A stretch of DNA of 64,000 nucleotides from Podarcis erhardii (taxonomy: Eukaryota), in NCBI GenBank assembly GCA_964252035.1, contig OZ176203.1. One strand, given 5' to 3'. Position 1 is the first letter of the stretch, and every line of letters begins with the position of its first letter. Made by a program: the position numbers and the translations under genes. Below, in pieces: positions 25,576-38,230 of the stretch. The notes below the pieces were generated by a model. The model had not been told where the DNA came from. It did not search any database and worked only from the letters and a program-made list of their open reading frames with translations.

Positions 25576-26788
25576 CCAGTGTCGCTACAGCTCACCCCAG
25601 GCAGATGCCAACTTTGCCAGTGCATAGCCACACAACTGACTGTGCCATCTGTCCTGCCCAGACCCGTCCAGTTAAGCTGTAGCAGTGCCTGTGTTCAGAG
25701 CTCCTGCCCCACCACACAGGTGACTACAGATCCACATAATGTCTTAGTAAAGGCTTGGGCAGTCACACTGGCCACAGCCTAATTCTGTTGTGTTTAGGTA
25801 TATATTTCAGAAGGATTACAAACTTGTGCAGCCTAAAGATAAAGTAACAATTGAGTGCTCACACATAAGGGACCACTGCTGCTGCTTTGCCCCCTGCTGG
25901 CCTTCGTTGCTGTTGCCAACTCTCTTGGGCACTGGTCCCTCTCCCAATCCCTATGATCAGTTTTGGAAAAGAGGGAGCCAGAAAAGAGGGACAGAAAGAC
26001 AGCAGAAGATGCTTGGGAGAGGGGGACACTGAGGATTCTTCCCCTCTCCAAGAAAATGACTAAATATTAAGACAACTACAAAACCAGCCACTAGGAAGCT
26101 TCTCTACTGCTGTTTCAGATGTTCTGTGCATTCACAATTTAACAATGTACAATAATGGAATAATATATAAAAGCCAAAATGAGATAAAAATAGGGGCTAA
26201 CCATATGCATTATTATTTATTATCAGTGGTGCAGTGGTGAATTTTGAAGTACAGAAGCTTGTCATGACAGCTGTCTTGCTACATTTTATGTGTGATATAT
26301 AGGAATATGTAATATAATACACAATTTATTAGGATCGGCGTGAATGCAATCCTCTGCGTAATTTCCTGGGAATACATTGCATTGAACATACTGGTGCTGG
26401 CTTCTCACTGCATCAGTGGTAAATGATGCTGAGCTTTAACAAAAGATTTTCAGCCATATGAAAAGAAAACTTGAGCTTCTAATTAGAAATGCAAAAAAGT
26501 TTTGCCATTGAAACTGCTAGTAGAAATCCCAACAAAGAAAACAAAAGAACTAGCCAGACTCTGCTTGGTTATAATCCTCATTCTCTTAACTTCATCAATT
26601 CTAACCTGTCACATAAACTTGAAAGCCTCATTATCACCTCAGTCATCTGCCAGAGCAAGGGTGGTCTGACATTATCACTCTGGATTTTAAGAAAATCCAG
26701 GAGTTATGCTGCTGGCACTATTCCAAGACATTTTGGCACTTGAGGCGAACCACAAAATGGCTTATATAAAGTACTTCAACTGTCCAAA

Positions 26789-27147
26789 GGTAAAGGGTAA
26801 AAGGTAAAGGTAAAGACCATTAGGTCCAGTCATGACCGACTCTGGGGTTGCACGCTCATCTCGCTTTATTGGCTGAGGGAGCCGGCGTACAGCTTCCGGG
26901 TCATGTGGCCAGCATGACTAAGCCGCTTCTGGTGAACCACAGCAGCGCACAGAAACGCCGTTTACCTTCCTGCCGGAGTGGTACCTATTTATCTACTTGC
27001 ACTTTGACGTGCTTTCGAACTGCTAGGTTGGCTGGAGCAGGGACCGAGCAACGGGAGCTCACCCTGTCGCGGGGATTCGAACCGCCGACCTTCTGATCGG
27101 CAAGTCCTACACTCTGTGGTTTAACCCACAGCGCCACCCACGTCCCC
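26789..27147 (-). mobile_element. Sauria SINE, full length
   Basis: The reverse complement starts gggacgtgggtggcgctgtgggttaaaccac, has a B box ggttcgaatcc and ends in a (cctttac)-like tail. 10-bp TSD actgtccaaa at 26779-26788 and 27151-27160. Confidence 0.95.
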
Positions 27148-28405
27148 CCGACTGTCCAAAAGTCTTATATAATATCTTTGTAATCTTGAATGCCTGCTTC
27201 AACCACCTGAATAAATTGTTCCTCACACAGGTCCCCCACCTTCCTGAGATCATCAGGAGAGAAACTGTTTTAGTTCTTCACTGTCAGAGGTAGGTGGGCT
27301 CCCAGAGACAAGAGTATTCTCCAACACTTCATCCTATTTATAATTTTCCCAAAGAGGCTGGCCTGAGAGCCCAGCTCATTATTATTTAAGCAAGTTTTAT
27401 GACATGAGAATAATTGACTTTTATTCTTTGATGGATTTGTTGCTTTCTGATGTGTGAGTTGTTGCTAGGTTTTTTTTTTTTTTGTTTACACTGATTTTAT
27501 TGTGCATTTGAATTTTGTAAAACACCACAAGAGTCTGTTTTCCAGGATAAAAGTGGGGCTCACATTTTAATAAAACAAATCCTGAGTCCCTGTAAGGTAG
27601 GCAAGTCTTATTACCCACACACCATATATTAAAAGGTGAGTTTTCTTTAACTAGTGTGTTACTGTTCCTTGAGCTGCAGAATTCATGGTTCAGTCACAGC
27701 TCTCAACTCTTAGACATTGCAAATGGTTCAAAAAATTAGTGTCCCACAAAAAATACCAACCTGCCTTTCCACATAATACTAGCCATTTGTGGCACAATGC
27801 TACTATGAAAAAAGATAATGCACTCTTCTAATGTACAAAAACCCTTTTGACTTGTTACCTGAAGGTGATTCTTATACACTGTAAGCAAATGTGGCACTAA
27901 AACCCAAAATAAAAATGGAATCTTCTCTGACTTTCCTCATGATTCAACCTTGAAGAATTAGTATGGACACAGGGTCGAAGGTAATTAATAACTGAGGGCC
28001 TGCTATTTATTTATTTTTAAATTGCTATCTGCCTACTTCCCCAAAGCGTCTCAAGATGGTTAACAGACAGCAATAAAAGTCAGGGTGGGGGGGGACACCT
28101 TAATTCCCCTCCTAAGCTAATAATCCTTTGAACATGTATAAAGTCAGTGACTCAGTACAAACTATTAACTCTTTATGGCCTAGCCTTGCAGGTTTGAATT
28201 TCTTTTCCTTCCTTTATCAGGTTAATATAGAAGTGCACAATGAGAGTAACACAATGTAGATAACTTAACAATATAACACAGCATTATTAAAATTTCCAAA
28301 AGTCCAAATACTCAGCTATGTTCTTCGTTCATTATCAGAAGAGGCACTCTCTTCTTTCCCCAATGAATCTACAGATCCAAGCAGTGGGTCAAAGAGAGGT
28401 ATGTA

Positions 28406-28472
28406 ACAGAATTGTGCAGTTGGAAGGTACCACGAGGGTCATCTAGTCCAACCCCTGCAATGCAGGAATCTT
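28406..28472 (-). mobile_element. Short CR1 3' end
   Basis: acagaattgtgcagttggaagg...gtcatctagtccaacccctgcaatgcaggaat matches the CR1 3' ends at 56490 and 59495. Confidence 0.75.
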
Positions 28473-30059
28473 CTGCCTAACATGGGGCTCAAATCCAAGA
28501 TCCTGATACCTACAGCAACAACTGTGAGGTGAAGAAGACATCCACAACCCTTTAAATAGAAGAACCTCACTGAGGATGTGCAACACAGAGTGCTGCTGCT
28601 GCCTTTCATAATTGAAAGGAAAAGCCAAAAGGTTACAGAAACTCACCTCGGTTTGGTGAATTTTTTTAGGGCTGCTATCCCCAGTGTGCTGCCAGACTAA
28701 CCACATTAGGGAAGGCCGGGGTGACATGTCAGACTAGGACTGAGAGACCTTTGTTCAAATTCCCACTCACCTACAGATCTAACAGTGACTTTGGTCCAGA
28801 TGCAAAAAACGATGTACACATCCTGAGCTCCTAGGTAGACAGGTGGGATAAATACGGTATGATGTTGTGTGTTTGTTCGTTTGTTTTATACTGGGTATTA
28901 TTTGGATGTATTTTCATCCTGAAACTTGGATGAACTTTCTTATTTTTGCTTGAACTTATTGACATCTGAAAGCAACCCTTTGTTTTTGTTTCCCACCTTC
29001 ATTGCCGTGACTGTGCTTTTGCAGCCATAATATATATTTTTCAATTACTTTATTGAATTTCACTGGGAAATTACATGTTAGCCACTGTTTAATTACACTA
29101 CATGTGACATGAATTTGGTCAAGCGTTGCCATTCATAGAATTTATGTCTGAACAGCCTGTGTTACCTTCCAGATTTGCTTTCCAGTTCTTTTTACCGAAG
29201 TTCTTAAGAAAACAAAAACACATTACAAATGTTTTTAAACACTACCATTTCATAAAATAATGTGAAAGCATTCCGTTGATAAGTAGCCTCCAGTTTATTT
29301 GAGGGCACTAATACAAATTTAGTTTTGACAGAAATTAGCCTACGAAGCAATGTTGTGCAACTAATAGACCTAATTAAAGAAAATAAGAGGAAGCCTAAAG
29401 AGTCATCAGCTGGAATATATAATCATCCCCTGGGATTAATTTCGGTCTTCTTGACTGAATAGAATTCTTTCTATAGCTGATTTAAATGCATTGATATACC
29501 TCAGTGAACAAAGGTCATGATCAAGATAATTTTATCCCAGTGACTTATCCCAGTAATATTACTGTTGAAAGATATCAGTGGCACCATTTTAGGAAGGAGG
29601 GACAGTTCCCCCTTCTCTTGTGTTTCACAACACATGACATGGTTCCTCAGAAGTCCCCAAACTTTCAGTAAATTTACATTTTATTTTCACTGGGTTTCTA
29701 TCAAAAATTAGGTCAATATATGGAAGTCTTGCCCATGACAAAGACATAAACATTTTTCCTTTTGTAAAAAGGGTGACTTTTTTTTTACTTGTGTTGATAA
29801 CAATGCTTTAACTGTCATAAGGTCCTCAAAAATTACAGCAAGATGTTCCTAAAATAAGATGTTTTGTGCAGCCCTTAATATATCATTGATATATATTGTT
29901 TGCCACCTACATCTGACATGTCTTTTCCACCCAATTGAATACCACCCTGAAAGAAAAACAAATAGTGTTTTATATTTTTAAAGAAAAACACAAAACCCAC
30001 CATAGCATCTTTGCATACAAAGCAAGGTCTGCAATGTTATGGGAGCGTTTTAAGGCCAT

Positions 30060-30580
30060 GATATATTTGCCTCACAATGTAGAGAGGTGAGAGGAAGTGT
30101 CACAGCTGCCTCTGTGCCATGATTGATGGGCTTGGAACGCACAGTTCAGGATAATTTTAGCTTGGAGTATCAGCCTTGCAGGACATCTTTGGGAGAAGAA
30201 GAGGCCAAGGAGCAAACTCTCCACAAATCTGGAGCAGAGTCCCTTAGATGGTTGGATGGCACCTTGTACACCTCCTTCTGTCAACTGCTGCAGCCAAGTT
30301 GGTGCCAAACATATTGCACACTTTCCTTTAGACCTCATAAGTGAGGTTGAGAGGAGGGTCTTGTTGTATGGGTAGCCCAGGGCCTCCATACACACTGCCC
30401 AAGCTTGCATCCCAGAAAGGGCACTTCAGTGCTGTTAACACAGCCAAACAAACATGGGAGGTAGCACTTACAAGTTAGCTGTCTCTGCAGCCACAGCAGC
30501 TGTTGTGATTCTCCAGTGGTTTGACTTCATCCCCAGAGGTGCATCCCATTGTCTCTTGAGACAGATGGATACCAATGAGT
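30060..30580 (-). mobile_element. Interspersed repeat fragment, family unassigned (possibly LINE-related)
   Basis: GC-richer block that shares the gtgaagtcaaacca motif region with 281-400; no intact ORF. Confidence 0.5.
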
Positions 30581-32098
30581 AGTCAGTATAGTAAGTTCTG
30601 CCTATATGCTCCACATATACCAGTACTCTGAAGAAAAGTGACCATTTGAGACTAAGCACCTGATGGAGGGCCTAGTGCAGCCATGGCATGTTTCCAGGCT
30701 GCACTCTGACAAAGTTTTGTATGTTTTGCTTTCTCTAGTAGTTAACCACAGCTCTGTTTCCATGCTGGACAACTTAGGGAGGACATAGCCTGAAGAGATC
30801 CCTTGTCCACCATGGGTCCTGCAGCACATAGACTGGATTGCATGCTCTGTTTTGGATTCCACTTTCCAAGTTGAGACATAAGGGGTTCAATCTAGACTTG
30901 ATCATGTTCAGAAAAGACCTGCTGAAATCAATGGGACTTAAATTAGGCAACTCTGAGTTGATTGGGTCCGATTTAAACATAACTTAGCCTGGATCTAGCC
31001 CACAGTTCACAGCAATCTTATAAATGCAGGACTGATGTCCTTGGTTTATAAATTCAGCTGCTGGCCCAGCAATCATAACATAAATGGAACAGTTATCTGG
31101 AAGTGTCTTTGTATACACCATTACACCCAAAGGGATAGCAGATATGTATCTGAGAGTCTGGGCTACAACAAAAATGGTCACAATGCCATCAAACCTCTGG
31201 CCAATTATGGTTAATTAAGAATCTTCTATGAGAGAAAAAATTGTAAAACATGTTATCAGGGCAACCTTTTCTGTCATCCCTTATTTGTCAGCCTTTCTTC
31301 TCTAGATTAAACATATTCATTTTCTTCAGTCTCACCTCATAGGTTATGGCATACATTAAGTATTTAAGACTGACATTGCTCCCAGTGGGCTTTTGATTGT
31401 ATGTTACAACAATGCTAACCAATTCTCTTGGTAACAATCATCACACAGAAATGGAGTAGCTCTCTTTCATCGTTAATGGCTCCACTTTGCACTACTAAAA
31501 AGCTAAACTCGAGCAACTAAAAGAGAAATTAATATTGCTCTAAAGAACCCTCCAAACCCTTGAAAGCCCAGTTGCTTTTCATATTGTCCTTTCTTATCTT
31601 TTCCTCATAGGCAGAGCCTTCTACATTCTGTGTCGTATAATTAGGTAATCAAGTAGCACTAGTTCAAGGCAAATTATTATGTCCCATTTTAATATGCTGA
31701 TACTGATTTCTCATAACCTTCTTGCTCAATACTTAACAACTGCAGCTTGAATGTGTGAACTAAATTCACTGAAAAGCATTATGTTTAAGGTGATGTGATA
31801 CAAAGATTATGCCTGTGTTGACACATTATTGCCAGAAAGCCACCCCCATGCATGTTTGAAATGAATGAGCCCTAAGAGGAGACAAATGCTGTCAAGATGA
31901 GAGGCAACAATTAACAAAAATTACTGTACCTTGATATGACATGGGAAGCACAGCGAAAGAGCCATGAGCTGTTAGTGTTTATATGGTCCATGCCGGGTTA
32001 AACACAGTCACTTGTTTTGATGGTTGGGGCTGATTCTTATAGTTTGAACCTATTTGAGGTTGAAACCTATTTGAGGTTGAACCCTATCTGAGAAAGCA

Positions 32099-32143
<45 letters not shown>

Positions 32144-32228
32144 TTATTATTTGTACCCCGCCCATCTGGCTGGGTTTACCCAGCCACTCTGGGCGGCTTC
32201 CAACAGAAATGAAAAATACACTAAAATG

Positions 32229-33075
32229 TCACATATTAAAAACTTCCCTGAACAGGGCTGCCTTCAGATGTCTTCTGAATGTCAGGTAGTTGTTTATTGC
32301 TTTGACATCTAATGGGAGGGCATTCCACAGGGCGGGCGCCACTACCGAGAAGGCCCTCTGCCTGGTTCCCTGTAACTTGGCCTCTCGCAGTGAGGGAACC
32401 GCCAGAAGGCCCTCGGAGCTGGACCTCAGTGTCCGGGTAGAATGATGGGGGAGGAGACGCTCCTTCAGATATACTGGACTGAGGCTGTTTAGGGCTTTAA
32501 AGGTCAGCACCAACACTTTGAATTGTGCTCGGAAACATACTGGGAGCCAATGTAGGTCTTTCAAGACCGGTGTTATATGGTCTCGGCGGCCGCTCCCAGT
32601 CACCAGTCTAGCTGCCACATTCTGGATTAGTTGTAGTTTCCGGGTCACCTTCAAAGGTAGCCCCACGTAGAGCGCATTGCAGTAGTCCAAGCGGGAGATA
32701 ACCAGAGCATGTACCACTCTGGCGAGACAGTCTGCAGGCAGATAGGGTCTCAGCCTACGTACCAGATGGAGCTGGTAAACAGCTGCCCTGGATACAGATT
32801 TGACCTGTGCCTCCATGGGCAGCTGTGAGTCCAAAATGACTCCCAGGCTGCGCACCTGGTCCTTCAGGGGCACAATTACCCCATTCAGGACCAGGGAATC
32901 CTCCACACCTGCCCGCCTCCTGTCCCCCAAAAACAGTACTTCTGTCTTGTCAGGATTCAACCTCAATCTGTTAGCCGCCATCCATCCTCCAACCGCTTCC
33001 AGACACTCACACAGGACCTTCACCGCCTTCACTGGTTCTGATTTAAAAGAGAGGTAGAGCTGGGTATCATATGCT
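32229..33075 (-). pseudogene. L2 ORF2 C-terminal segment (RT end, thumb, C-terminal domain), out of frame with the upstream part
   Basis: DTQLYLSF...LRLNPDKTEVL...LGVILDSQL...SRLDYCNALY...LHWLPV...ALWNALP. Only the part of ORF 32229..33290 downstream of about 33075 is homologous. Confidence 0.92.
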
Positions 33076-35277
33076 CCTGATGATCCCTCCCAGCGGCTGC
33101 ATGTAGATGTTGAAAAGCATGGGGGAGCAGACAGAACCCTGAGGCACCCCACAAGTGTCTGAACACTCATCCCCCACCACCACTTTCTGAACACGGCCCA
33201 GGAGGAAGGAGCGGAACCACTGTATGACAGTGCCCCCAGCTCCCAGCCCCTCAAGACGGTCCAGAAGGATGTCATGGTCGATGGTATCAAACGCCGCTGA
33301 GAGATCCAGCAGAACTAGGAAACAGCTCTCACCTTTGTCCCTAGCCTGCCGGAGATCATCAACCAGTGCGACCAAGGCAGTTTCAGTCCCATGATGAGGC
33401 CTGAATCCCGACTGGAAGGGATCCAAATGGTCCGCTTCTTCCAGGCGTGCCTGGAGTTGTTCAGCAACCACTCGCTCAATCACCTTGCCCAAGAATGGAA
33501 GGTTTGAGACTGGGCGATAATTGGCAATCGTGGCCGCATCTAAAAATGGTTTTTTAAGAAGCGGTTTAATAACCGCCTCTTTCAGCGGGTCTGGGAAGGC
33601 TCCCTCACGGAGGGAAGCATTCACCACCCCACGAAGCCCATCGCCCAGTCCTTCCCGGCTAGCTTTTATAAGCCAGGATGGGCAAGGATCCAGGAGACAG
33701 GTGGTTGGCTTCACTCGTCCAAGCAGCCTGTCCACATCCTTGGAGGTAACAGATTGGAATTGATCCCACACAACTTGACCAGACAGGACTCTAGCACTCT
33801 CCCGCCCCGGCCCTGCTCCCACGGTGGAGTCTACTTCCTCCCGAATCTGAGCGATTTTATCTGCAAAAAAATTTGCAAAATCATTGCAGGAGAACATGTG
33901 GCCCGTACTGGGCCCCGATGTTACAGGTGGTTCCGCTAAATTGTGAACCACCTGAAAGAGTCTCCTGCTGCTGTTTTCTGCAGATGCAATAGAGGCGGTG
34001 AAGAAAGTCTTCTTCGCCGTCGCTATCGCCACTTGGTAGGCTCGACGTTGAGCTCTAACCTGTGTCCGGTCAGATTCAGAATGAGTTATCCGCCACCGGC
34101 GCTCTAGCCGTCTCAACGATTGTTTCATTGCCCTCAGATCCGTGGAAAACCACGGGGCTCTCCGGGCTCCATGCAATCTGAGAGGGCGCTTCGGAGCCAA
34201 ACAGTCAATAGCCCTGGTTAACTCCACATTCCAGCGGGCCACCAGGGAATCGGCTGAAAGGCCATCAACATGGGATAAAGCATCCCCTACCACTCTCTGG
34301 AAACCATTTGGATCCATTAAGTGGTGGGGGCGGACCATCTGAATCGGTCCCACCTCCCTGCAGAGGGGATGGGTTGCAGAGAAGTCCAGTTGCACCAGGA
34401 AGTGGTCTGACCATGGCACTTCTTTCGTTTCACTTTTACTTAGTGTCAGATCACCAACATCCGTAGAGGTAAACACCAGGTCCAAGGCATGTCCGCAGCT
34501 ATGGGTTGGGCCAGACTTATTCAGGGACAGCCCCATGGAGGCCACGCTTTCCACGAAGTCCCGAGCGGCCCCTTGTAAGGTCGTGTCGGTATGGATGTTA
34601 AAATCCCCTAGGACAACCAAGCTAGGTGTCTCCAGGAGAACATCCGCCACGACCTGAAGCAGCTCGGGCAAGGAATCCTTGGTGCAGCGGGGAGGTCGGT
34701 ACACCAAAAGGAATCCTGTACTGCCCCTATTGCCCAACTTCCAGAACATGCACTCAGAAAACTGGGTCTTCCCAATAGGACGCCTGGTGCAAACTAATGA
34801 CTTCCTAAAAATCACTGCAACCCCCCCTCCCCGTCCACATGACCTGGGTTGCTGTGCGTAAGAGAAACCTGGTGGACAAGCAGCGGCAAGGACAGGCCCA
34901 TCTGCTTCATCCAACCAAGTCTCTGTTACACATGCCAGGTCAAGTCCTCCATCCATGATCAAGTCATGGATGGCAGTAGTCTTATGAATCATTGACCTGG
35001 CATTGCACAGCAACACTTTCAGGTCATGTGGGTATCCCTTGCTGATTCTAGTATTCATCCGGTCAGGACCAGACCCGGAGGCAGGGATAGTCCTCAGACA
35101 ACGACTAAACCTGCCTCCTCTGTAATGACATGGTCTGGTCTTAGCGTAACTCCTTCTCCTACCCGTGATCACTGAGATCGGTTGTCCAAGTGCATTCCCC
35201 CCTGTGAAACATATCCCAGCCATTTTGTGGGCTGGGGCCCATTCCCCGGCAGCCCTGACCCCTCCCCTTAAGAACAA
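33067..35277 (-). CDS. L2 ORF2: APE endonuclease plus reverse transcriptase, truncated at the YADD motif
   Basis: Endonuclease motifs: CNARS, VTETWL, YRPP, LGDFNIH, LDLVF, SDHFLV. RT motifs: NYRPVSNL, QSGFR, LDLSAAFDT, GVPQGS..SPMLFNIY. The YADD motif is lost by a deletion/frameshift at about 33070-33075. Confidence 0.93.
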   Translation of the reverse strand: MFLRGGVRAAGEWAPAHKMAGICFTGGNALGQPISVITGRRRSYAKTRPCHYRGGRFSRCLRTIPASGSGPDRMNTRISKGYPHDLKVLLCNARSMIHKTTAIHDLIMDGGLDLACVTETWLDEADGPVLAAACPPGFSYAQQPRSCGRGGGVAVIFRKSLVCTRRPIGKTQFSECMFWKLGNRGSTGFLLVYRPPRCTKDSLPELLQVVADVLLETPSLVVLGDFNIHTDTTLQGAARDFVESVASMGLSLNKSGPTHSCGHALDLVFTSTDVGDLTLSKSETKEVPWSDHFLVQLDFSATHPLCREVGPIQMVRPHHLMDPNGFQRVVGDALSHVDGLSADSLVARWNVELTRAIDCLAPKRPLRLHGARRAPWFSTDLRAMKQSLRRLERRWRITHSESDRTQVRAQRRAYQVAIATAKKTFFTASIASAENSSRRLFQVVHNLAEPPVTSGPSTGHMFSCNDFANFFADKIAQIREEVDSTVGAGPGRESARVLSGQVVWDQFQSVTSKDVDRLLGRVKPTTCLLDPCPSWLIKASREGLGDGLRGVVNASLREGAFPDPLKEAVIKPLLKKPFLDAATIANYRPVSNLPFLGKVIERVVAEQLQARLEEADHLDPFQSGFRPHHGTETALVALVDDLRQARDKGESCFLVLLDLSAAFDTIDHDILLDRLEGLGAGGTVIQWFRSFLLGRVQKVVVGDECSDTCGVPQGSVCSPMLFNIYMQPLGGIIRSI

Positions 35278-38001
35278 AATAACCCCTTAAAAAAAACACA
35301 ACAAAATAAAACAACACAAATAAAACAGTACAAACAAAAAACAATAAAAATTACAAAAATTACAAAAACATAAAATCAAACAAATTCCCAGGCCCAATAA
35401 ACATCCACCCCCCACCCCCCCACATACAAATAATTCAAAATAAAAATTTTAAAACATTTTAAAAGCACTCTGCACCCCTCCAGCAGTAACAGCAACTGTC
35501 CTAGTGAGGCCCGTCAGGCCCTGCCCTGGGCCAGATGGTAAGTGGCAGGAAGAAGCAGGGCCCTCAGACACTCACATACAGGAGAGTCCTCCTGGGCAGC
35601 AGAGTCCAGCAGTCCTTATGAGGCTTCAGGCCCCGCCCCAGGCCAGATGGTGAGTGGCAGGAAGGAGCAGGAGCAGGGCCCTCAGACACTCACAAATGAA
35701 GGGAGTTTAACGTTTGTGCAGTTATCATAGTGCTATCAGCATATTTCTGTGCCATGCATATTTCTGTGAATGAATGCATTCACAGGACCCTTTCATCCCA
35801 TTATCCACTGAAACCTGGCAATGTGAGGATTCTCCTCCAATTTTTTTTGTTTTCCATAGGCTTTTACCTCCTCTGGTTCCCCTCCCAAATTTGCATCAGG
35901 AGAGGTTTCACTTATATTTCTAATATTAGATGCAACATTTGGTCCCCAAATGTTTCCCCAGATGTTCAGGATCATCAGCCACTTTAATGTGCAGGAAAAG
36001 ATGAAGCCCTGTGAGTTGTGGACACAGGACCATAAGTACTTGAACAATCACATAGAAATAGTTTGGACCAGGCTGGACGTATACTGAAAGTATTTTCTTC
36101 TGCAGATTGTTTGTTTGTATATCCACTGAACTGTTTTCTAAGCAACAGGTCAGTTTCTCTCCCATGTCCAAATGTTGGAGCTATGTCTCTCTGTAACCAC
36201 CTGCATTGTCTTGTGACAGCTCTGTAGTGTTTAAGAAAGGAGTCCTTTGCAGTCTTATCTAGAAAAGCCAGGAATTGTACCTGGGACATTTTGCATACAA
36301 AGAATATGCTCTTCACCCGAGTTATGGTTGTTCTTGTTATTTGCTGCTTACTTCAGAAATGTTTTATCTCAAAGCAACCTACTTTTAAAAACCACCAAAA
36401 TAAAATACATCAAAAGATTATGAAACATGATTAACTAAAAGTCCTCATCCTGCAATAGCATAAAAACGAAACTGCTTACCCCCCAAAACCAGAAGATGGA
36501 CACTAGTTAAGAGGTAAATGCCCAGGTAAACAAGAATGTCTTCTCCATGTAGTACTATGCAACTTATTACTGTAACTCTTGCCTCACTCTGCCCTCGGAA
36601 AGGAAGATAATCACAGCATAAAACCATTCCTCTTGCATCAATCCAGTTTGCAAGTAAACAAGTGTTCAAACAGACTGACATCTGTTCTTTTTACTGTGTA
36701 AAATTTGTGCACATCAGATGTGGATATTTTTTCCCCTCCTAGATAACTCTCATTTTTGCTGAAGACCAAAATAATTTATCAAAGAGACCAATATATAATT
36801 TAAAAGTATGTGATGTTTCAGCAGCTGCCAGTTCTGCAATACCATACATGTTTCATTGTCTGCAGGGTTTTTTGTTTGGATGATTCTTTTTGAAAGAACC
36901 TCAAACCAAAACAATACTTTCTTTCAGACCATCCTCTGTGCTGTTGTTTTTACCTTTCTCTCCCCCTCCCTCTCTGCTCCCCTTAGGAACAACATGTATT
37001 GCAGTTTTGAGTCAGGCATTGAGCTCATTACTATGGTTATGAAAGGAGATCAGGGGAAGGTCAGGGGGAGGAATCTGGGTAGCAGAGCTCCCTGGTTCAG
37101 TCTCAGGAAGGGCTGGAATATGCAGCTGTCCCATACAGGGATCAAGCCTGCAGCCTTGGCATTATCAGCATCAAGGTCAACAGACATTAAAATTATCTGA
37201 AATGTCTATAACTTAACCTGTTGCATTTCAACACTTATGATGCTGTCTAACTAAAATTCTGTTTAGTGATTCACCTGTAGTAGATGGGGAAAGGATCCAC
37301 ATATAATGAGCCAAATGAAGAACTCCTTGCACTAGTAACATGACTAACACTATAGCAATAAAGGGAGGCGTGGGAAGATCTTGCTCTGCTTGGCACAAGT
37401 CAGCCATAGAAAGGAGGCTTTGTGTCAAAATGACATTTCTGGAAAAACGTTTTTGCTAGCTTCTAAATCCTGTCTGCCAGCTGGCCTAACTAGTCTCCCC
37501 TTCCATAGAGTTCTGTATGAAGATGGTTGCTACTGTAGAACATGCCTCATCCTGTTTGGCTACTTGTCTAACCTCAGTAGCTATGGGTCCACGAAACAGG
37601 GCATCCCTAGATGGATCCTGAGCTAGTCTTTCTGCCATTGCACATGGCATCTGGCCTGACTGTTCTGCCCCCACCTTCTGCCATAGCCAGCACAAACAAC
37701 AGTACTACAGATGTGGCAGTGGCACTTGCTGCAATGCCTGTGTTATGCCTGAAGGCCCACACTCCTACAGTGATGTTCAGACATCTGCTTTGGATTCAAC
37801 TCAGATCGACAACATTTGGGCATGAAATGTCAACAATCAGCAAATTTGGACATTCACTGTAACAAAAAGGTGGCCTAGTATTTGAAACAGCAACATGTTC
37901 TACTTTTAAATAAAATCCATGACAACCATTTATTATTTCCAATTCTTATTAATATTTGCAAACAACACAGCAATTCATGCATGGTCTCATTGATCACTTT
38001 A

Positions 38002-38230
38002 CAGTGGTACCTCGGGTAAAGAACTTAATTCATTCCGGAGGTCTGTTCTTAACCTGAGGTTCCACTTTAGCTAATGGGCCTCCCGCCACCACCACGCCAT
38101 TTCTGTTCTAATCCTGAAGCAAAGTTCTTAACCCGAGGCACTATTTCTGGGTTAGCGGAATCTGTAACCTGAAGTGTCTGTAACCTGAAGCACCTGTAAC
38201 CTGAAGCATCTGTAACCTGATGTACCACTG
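38002..38230. mobile_element. Tc1/mariner-pogo (Tigger-like) MITE
   Basis: TIRs cagtggtacctcggg / cctgatgtaccactg, TA target duplication on both sides, and four internal 16-bp units of ctgtaacctgaag. Confidence 0.88.

Larger units (their letters stand above)
32099..35695 (-). mobile_element. Near full-length L2 LINE (5' UTR, EN-RT ORF, 3' UTR, (TTA)n tail)
   Basis: Contains the 736-aa and 353-aa ORFs, an (AAT)n run at 32099-32142, a T-rich (minus strand) spacer and a 5' region with a tandem duplication. The 5' boundary is approximate. Confidence 0.95.

Noticed and set aside
26789-27147. tRNA-like A/B boxes (also at 405-689 and 49378-49712)
   Set aside because: These are SINE heads with TSDs and tails, not tRNA genes; no cloverleaf or acceptor stem.
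28646-28697. Minus-strand candidate 50-nt exon with gtgagt donor
   Set aside because: The acceptor lacks a polypyrimidine tract and the segment adjoins SINE-like repeat sequence.
32800-34861. Plus-strand ORFs inside the L2
   Set aside because: They are antisense shadows of the GC-rich L2 ORF2 with no independent motifs.
38160-38222. Short direct-repeat array that superficially resembles CRISPR
   Set aside because: The units are contiguous 16-bp tandem repeats with no unique spacers, they lie inside a Tc1/pogo MITE, and there are no cas genes in this vertebrate DNA.
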